Of a stretch of DNA of 64,000 nucleotides, positions 58,953 to 64,000 are shown piece after piece. Both the position numbers and the translations under genes were made by a program. The stretch lies in IMG/VR virus record IMGVR_UViG_3300042898_002817. The stretch is one strand, 5' to 3'. The DNA comes from an uncultured virus (IMG/VR IMGVR_UViG_3300042898_002817). Taxonomy: Duplodnaviria; Heunggongvirae; Uroviricota; Caudoviricetes. The number at the start of each line of letters is the position of its first letter. The first letter of the stretch is position 1. Below the pieces are notes generated by a model. The model was not told where the DNA came from and did no database searches. It was given only the letters and a program-made list of their open reading frames with translations.

Positions 58953-58991
58953 AATTTTTTATCCTTTAATATAAATATATACATGTAAAAT

Positions 58992-61900
58992 TTATCTATT
59001 TAAAAAATTTCCATTTTTTCCAGGGGTTTGTACTTGAAGTTTATTTGGATTGACAATGAAAAATTCGACTACCGGCCCACCATCTACCGTTTGTTTAGAT
59101 TTTACATTAAATGCGGTCGACGTTAGTTTGCAGCCATTATATCGATGATTTTTAATTCCAAGTGATAAATTGCTAGTACTAGATGCTGATTGATATAATC
59201 TATAAGTTTTGCTTCCAGAAATAAAAGTTGTTATTATCTTAGTTAATGATCCTGATACAATTGAATTTGGCGATATATGCGGTGTATCAATTATTATTTG
59301 ACTAGCATCAGATCTCCATGGAGGAGTTGATGCCGTTATATATAATTGCGAACCAGGTACTCCCGGAACAAACAATTTGTTTTGAATTATACTAATATAA
59401 TTATATGTTGTTCCTTGATATCGTTTAGCTTGTGATGAAGTTAAATATCCTTGCAATTGATCATCATCTGATCCTATAATTTGCCTAGATATTTTAAATA
59501 ACTGAGTATCTAATATTTGAAGCGAACTATTAATTTTAGTTGGTTTCGATATTGGTTGTGCTTCATATATTTGGAATGAACTAGTAATTTTAGTTGGTTT
59601 AACCACAGGGCTTGCTTCATATATTTGGAATGAGCTAGTAATTTTAGTTGGTTGTAGTACTGGGTTTGCTTCATATATTTGAAATGAGCTAGTAATTTTA
59701 GTTGGCTCCAATATTGTATTTGCATATAACGTTTCATCAACCCATGATTGCGTCATATATAATGGTAATATACCTTCAACTGTTAAATCGCTAGCTAATA
59801 TATCAATTAACTCATCATCAATTGTTACACTATATGAATTATCAAATCGTTGTATATCTGGTAATATATCTAATTTGCTTCGCTCTAATAACGTTGGTTG
59901 AATTAAAACACCTGTTAATTTATTGACACGTGCCGGTAGTAATTGATCCAATTGTTTAAAAAACGACATATCAAACAATGTAAACATGTTTATGTACATG
60001 TTAATGTTGGTTTTATCTTTATATTTTTGCCAATACGTATATGAATAATTTATTAGGTCTGGATATGAATTTTTACTAATTGTAGTATCCGGATCACCAA
60101 TATATTGATTTAAATCGCTATTACTTAATTGTGCTATAATATCTTCATCAACCATTGTCTGCGGAGAAAAATATACTCCTAATTTATTGTTATCTAATGG
60201 AGCAGTATCATACTGACTAAATTCAGCTCTTGTTTTTACATCTAACGTACCAATTAAATTATTGGATTCTAATCGTATTTTATTATCATCATAAGTACTT
60301 GATCCAATAGATGGGGCATCAAAATAATATGACTCTTCAAGTGAATCATATGGTTTAGATTCAGTCCATCCTGTAAATGATGAAGATATTGCAGAGAATT
60401 TAGGTTGTATACCCGAGCTTGTTGTATATGTTTGATGATTTATTTGTGATGTTAATGGTAATCTATAAATTAAATCATTGTATGGATCTGCACTATTATA
60501 TGCTCCTGGCGCTTTTACATGATTTGCAAAATATGAATTATCTAACGAAGATGACCATAATCGCAATTCTTGCAATTGACCTTGTAATCTAGAACCACCC
60601 GTTGTTCCACCTAAAGTTAAAGTACCTTGTCCGGCAAAAGAAGCAGTAGCTGACGCAGATACTACTGTTATAATTTTACCATATTTTGCTCTACTAGCAA
60701 CTAGGTCTAACTTGTTGCCATTTGTTTTTAGTATAACAGATGTCCAACCACCATCAAATAATTCAATATTTGCAGAACCAGTATTGTTTATTTTTAATTG
60801 ACCAACAGTTCCAGAAACATAATTTAACGTTACCGTGTTGCTACCAATTGTAAACAAGTTCATGGTACTAGGTAACGTAGGAGTTTTTGTTACATCAGCT
60901 GTACGGAATCTTAATTGTACCGTATTAATTGATTGACTGTAATTTGTTGTAACAGTACCAGCAGTATTAGCTATTAAATCTAATGCATAATTTGAAGTAA
61001 ATGATTCATATATCGGTGTTCGATCAATTTGCGGTCCGCCGTATTCATTAATACTAATCAATGATTTTGGAATTCCATAACAAGATAATAATGCTTGTAT
61101 ACTTCGTTTTGTTCCTTTTGATTTCAAAAGAACAGGTAAATTATTTACAATGCGACGCCAAATGGCATATGTAATATGCTTACCAGATACAGCCGGGTCA
61201 CCAACCGAGTTAGACCCTGTTAATGGTGTTCCTGTTTCATCTGTACCTAATACATATTTCCATAAATCTTGACCTTGTTGCCCGTCTGTTAAAGACCATC
61301 CAAATTGTTTTGCTACCGAATATAACAATTCATTCGGCATTCCTAATTTAGGATTTTCTTCGCGAGAATTAATTTTTGATATATGATTAATATATGAATA
61401 TAATATATCATAATGATGACCTAACATGTTAACAAATGTTTCTAATTGCACATTGTTTTCATCTAATCGAATATATTCTGGTATTGCATATATTAATGCA
61501 TTTCTATTTAATTGGTCATATAATATTGACTTTTCTCGAAGATCATCATGCCAAACTTTAAATGTAGGGCTAGTGGTGCTTGCTAAGGTATGCGGTCTTG
61601 TTGAATTTAATTTAGGAGCAGGTAAAACAAAGCTACCTGTTAATTGTGATACATGATATGATTCGTTTGGTATATAATGGGTAGTAGTTGTATATGATGA
61701 TGAATTATAATATAAATATTGTTCAAATCCATCAAATCCTCCAATTAAATTGGCTGCTAATTTTGAAAATTCTGAAGAATTGGTTGATGCCACACTTCCG
61801 GATATGTTTGCAATGTCTAAACTTTTTGATGTATAATATTCTAATAAATTTAGTTTGTATATAAAATTTTCAACACGTTCTGTTGCTGAGCTATAAAATA

Positions 61901-62831
61901 TAAAATTATTAAAATTAGAATAATCTAAATTTAAATCCGATGTCGACAATGATCCTGAAAAATATGTATCTATAATTTGCTGTGACGTAGATGTGGACGC
62001 TCCTAATAAATCGGTCCATGATTTCAAGCCACTTTCAGTTGATGTATTATATGAATAATTTGCTTGCCAATTAGCTCCGGATATTGATTTAAATGTTTTT
62101 GGAATAGTATGTGATATTATACTAACATTGTCTATATATGGACTTTTTAATTCTTCAACAACCCAACATTTAAAATTTATGTCAATTTCATCAGGCAATC
62201 TATCTTTTAATTTAACATATAAATGATTGCCAACTACAACACTATTAACAAATTGTACCGTTTGATTTTGACTAAAATTTAATAGATATGTACGATATCG
62301 GTCGTCTGGATTATATGTTGTAGATGTTTGTTTTACTGTCTGAATAAAATTAGTAATTGACTTTAAAAATGCAGCATTTTTTTCGTCAATTGCACGAAGT
62401 TTAATTTCAGTTCTGTCAGGAGAAATTTCTTCAACTCGCAAATGTTGAATAACATAATCTCCTATTAAATTGCGAAAGAAATTTATAGCAAATTTATAAT
62501 TTCCTGTTACAATTTTTAATTTATCTAACTCATCTTTAAGATTAATGCCAATTGGCACAGATAATTCAATTTGTTTTTTGGTGACCGAATCTATACGTTT
62601 TGGAGTCGCTGAGACTTGTTGAATACGATGTTCACCAGTAATCCATTTATCAGCCGAATAAACATGTAATTCTAAACGTACGTCTTCGCCGGCACTTGCT
62701 ATCTCCGGTACCTCTGTATATTGTTCGTTTACATATGAAAATAATTGTTGTTCATTAAATGAAAATCGTTCAGCAGCTATAGCATTATTAGCAGATAATA
62801 ATTTAGAACTATTTTTATACTGTGATATCAT
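58992..62831 (-). CDS. Large baseplate wedge-like protein (P2 gpI / T4 gp7-like segment plus LamG-like domain)
   Basis: IWRRIVNNLPVLLKSKGTKRSIQALLSCYG; GQLQELRLWS. Confidence 0.6.
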   Translation of the reverse strand: MISQYKNSSKLLSANNAIAAERFSFNEQQLFSYVNEQYTEVPEIASAGEDVRLELHVYSADKWITGEHRIQQVSATPKRIDSVTKKQIELSVPIGINLKDELDKLKIVTGNYKFAINFFRNLIGDYVIQHLRVEEISPDRTEIKLRAIDEKNAAFLKSITNFIQTVKQTSTTYNPDDRYRTYLLNFSQNQTVQFVNSVVVGNHLYVKLKDRLPDEIDINFKCWVVEELKSPYIDNVSIISHTIPKTFKSISGANWQANYSYNTSTESGLKSWTDLLGASTSTSQQIIDTYFSGSLSTSDLNLDYSNFNNFIFYSSATERVENFIYKLNLLEYYTSKSLDIANISGSVASTNSSEFSKLAANLIGGFDGFEQYLYYNSSSYTTTTHYIPNESYHVSQLTGSFVLPAPKLNSTRPHTLASTTSPTFKVWHDDLREKSILYDQLNRNALIYAIPEYIRLDENNVQLETFVNMLGHHYDILYSYINHISKINSREENPKLGMPNELLYSVAKQFGWSLTDGQQGQDLWKYVLGTDETGTPLTGSNSVGDPAVSGKHITYAIWRRIVNNLPVLLKSKGTKRSIQALLSCYGIPKSLISINEYGGPQIDRTPIYESFTSNYALDLIANTAGTVTTNYSQSINTVQLRFRTADVTKTPTLPSTMNLFTIGSNTVTLNYVSGTVGQLKINNTGSANIELFDGGWTSVILKTNGNKLDLVASRAKYGKIITVVSASATASFAGQGTLTLGGTTGGSRLQGQLQELRLWSSSLDNSYFANHVKAPGAYNSADPYNDLIYRLPLTSQINHQTYTTSSGIQPKFSAISSSFTGWTESKPYDSLEESYYFDAPSIGSSTYDDNKIRLESNNLIGTLDVKTRAEFSQYDTAPLDNNKLGVYFSPQTMVDEDIIAQLSNSDLNQYIGDPDTTISKNSYPDLINYSYTYWQKYKDKTNINMYINMFTLFDMSFFKQLDQLLPARVNKLTGVLIQPTLLERSKLDILPDIQRFDNSYSVTIDDELIDILASDLTVEGILPLYMTQSWVDETLYANTILEPTKITSSFQIYEANPVLQPTKITSSFQIYEASPVVKPTKITSSFQIYEAQPISKPTKINSSLQILDTQLFKISRQIIGSDDDQLQGYLTSSQAKRYQGTTYNYISIIQNKLFVPGVPGSQLYITASTPPWRSDASQIIIDTPHISPNSIVSGSLTKIITTFISGSKTYRLYQSASSTSNLSLGIKNHRYNGCKLTSTAFNVKSKQTVDGGPVVEFFIVNPNKLQVQTPGKNGNFLNR
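59515..59712 (-). repeat. 54-bp-period coding tandem repeat (PTKITSSFQIYEAxPxxx, ~3.5 copies)
   Basis: gcttcatatattt...ctagtaattttagttgg recurs every 54 nt. Confidence 0.9.
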
Positions 62832-62867
62832 GATATAATTTTCATTTTTTTTATTATATTTTTGGCG

Positions 62868-64000
62868 TTAAGGTTTTAATTTGCGATTCCAAACATCAAC
62901 CTGTTTTTCTGCATTTGTTACTGATAGCCATGTTTTATCTGCATTGATTATTATTTTTGGGTCTCGAGCGTCGAATGCTGCTTTTGCTAAGTCATACGCA
63001 ACTTTTCCTTGCTTGGTGCCAATATGGCCTTCATTAGGCTTATAAACAACTTTTGATGTAAAACCATCATTGTTAGACCAACGCGTGAAACCATTACTTG
63101 TCTTGCTATCTTCTGCAGCGATAAAAGCTTCTTTTGGCCCAGAACGATACTGGGCCTTTCCAAAAATATCATAGGTTCGGTTAAGTTCTTCTTCCCATTC
63201 AAAGCCATCCCGTATATATTCATTATACACATCTCTATGTTCGCTGCCAGGCAACCAATCGTCATATGCGTTTTTCCGGGCGCCAGTTGTTCGACGTCCT
63301 TCACCAGATCGCATTCTTTCAACAAGGCCTCGCTTTGTTGGCTCTACGTAGGTATTAAGCACCGGCTCCCACCAATCCGGAGCAACTATAGTTTTCATGT
63401 CTCTAATTTGTGTTGCAGACCCAGGCTGATCTGATTCATCTCGAGTAATCCACCTACCATTTTTTCCCTTTCTATACCAGTTTTCCCATGAATGATCCCA
63501 ATAATTGGTAAATTTACCACCATGTTGGCCAAACCAATGCCATTTTGTATCCCATTGCTCTTTATAATATACAATTACAACGCTAAATTTATCTCCTTGA
63601 TCATAATCCCACCATGGCACGGTAATATCTAATATCCCGGTGTTTAAGCCAGGTGTTAACGTTGCGTCTATAGCGTCACCTCTATTTTTAATACCAGTAA
63701 CGGTGTCGGGCGGAAGATCCGGCCATTCATATTCCGTAACCCATCCTGGGAAATAGCCGCCTGAAGAAATTGTCCTATTAGGAGATTCTTGCAACAGACC
63801 AATTTGTGCTATTACCGTATCGTTACCAGTTATGCCCTCAACCGTAATATTCCAATTAAATCGGAATCGTAACGGTTTATTTTCATCTTTAATTGCTTTA
63901 TTAATATAGTATCGATTAGGTTTTTTTTGTGCGTTGCCATCTTCAATTTCAGATAATTCAATTGGCGCCCAATTTTCTGTAGGTAAATCAATTGATTCGT
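62868..64000 (-). CDS. Trp-rich hypothetical protein, 5' end outside the window
   Basis: The frame of ORF 62868-63794 stays open to the window edge (ESIDLPTENWAPIELSE...). Confidence 0.75.
   Translation of the reverse strand, partial: ESIDLPTENWAPIELSEIEDGNAQKKPNRYYINKAIKDENKPLRFRFNWNITVEGITGNDTVIAQIGLLQESPNRTISSGGYFPGWVTEYEWPDLPPDTVTGIKNRGDAIDATLTPGLNTGILDITVPWWDYDQGDKFSVVIVYYKEQWDTKWHWFGQHGGKFTNYWDHSWENWYRKGKNGRWITRDESDQPGSATQIRDMKTIVAPDWWEPVLNTYVEPTKRGLVERMRSGEGRRTTGARKNAYDDWLPGSEHRDVYNEYIRDGFEWEEELNRTYDIFGKAQYRSGPKEAFIAAEDSKTSNGFTRWSNNDGFTSKVVYKPNEGHIGTKQGKVAYDLAKAAFDARDPKIIINADKTWLSVTNAEKQVDVWNRKLKP

Larger units (their letters stand above)
929..58978 (-). promoter_or_regulatory. Class-B recurring upstream motif ATATTTAT (putative late promoter), about 19 dispersed copies
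   Basis: Plus-strand ATAAATAT near 930, 2568, 10466, 11468, 12146, 14937, 15892, 21538, 23181, 27169, 28148, 31022, 34786, 36656, 40461, 48158, 54699, 56881 and 58971; each lies 13-100 nt upstream of a minus-strand start. Confidence 0.8.

Noticed and set aside
28936..63325. Nested minus-strand alternative-frame ORFs (28936-29202, 34915-35118, 59510-59740, 62987-63325)
   Set aside because: They lie entirely within well-supported genes and have no RBS or recognisable motifs; 59510-59740 only mirrors the 54-bp repeat.
836..63434. All plus-strand ORFs in the track
   Set aside because: Each lies antisense to a longer, motif-bearing minus-strand gene and reads as a shadow ORF.
1..64000. Alternative genetic code (stop-codon reassignment), as in some large phages
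   Set aside because: Core genes are full length and tightly packed under code 11.
1..64000. tRNA or rRNA genes
   Set aside because: Intergenic gaps are short and AT-rich, and no cloverleaf was recognised; tRNAscan-SE would confirm.

Overview
A 64-kb, AT-rich segment of a large myovirus-type phage genome that is distantly T4-like in its head and tail genes. All supportable genes are on the minus strand and densely packed, and they read through in standard code 11. In transcription order (right to left) the window holds baseplate and tail-collar proteins, a minimal protein-kinase-like gene, a T7 endonuclease I-like resolvase, a primase and a fused Mre11-Rad50 (SbcD-SbcC). These are followed by a 1859-aa repeat-rich tail protein, an HxGH-nucleotidyltransferase/RNA-ligase-like fusion, a possible spanin pair, the large terminase, portal and prohead protease. 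Next come a phage ribosomal protein bS21, scaffold, major capsid, PhoH, neck proteins, a modular tail-fibre cluster, sheath, tube, a frameshifted tail chaperone, tape measure, baseplate hub and a compact family-A DNA polymerase. The main patterns not explained by these genes are: (1) two promoter-like motif classes, TTGGAW-N17-TATWWT (5 copies, making polA and primase leaderless) and ATATTTAT (about 19 copies, mostly before virion genes); (2) bS21 in its own promoter-terminator unit, with Shine-Dalgarno motifs on the structural genes, suggesting a translational switch; (3) proteins with MIKLK..LxE leaders suggesting head-packaged enzymes; (4) a riboswitch-like leader on a fibre gene; (5) a hairpin that encloses a promoter motif and overlaps the ribosome-binding region; (6) a +1/-2 tail-chaperone frameshift. 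All assignments come from recognising motifs by eye; no database searches were run.
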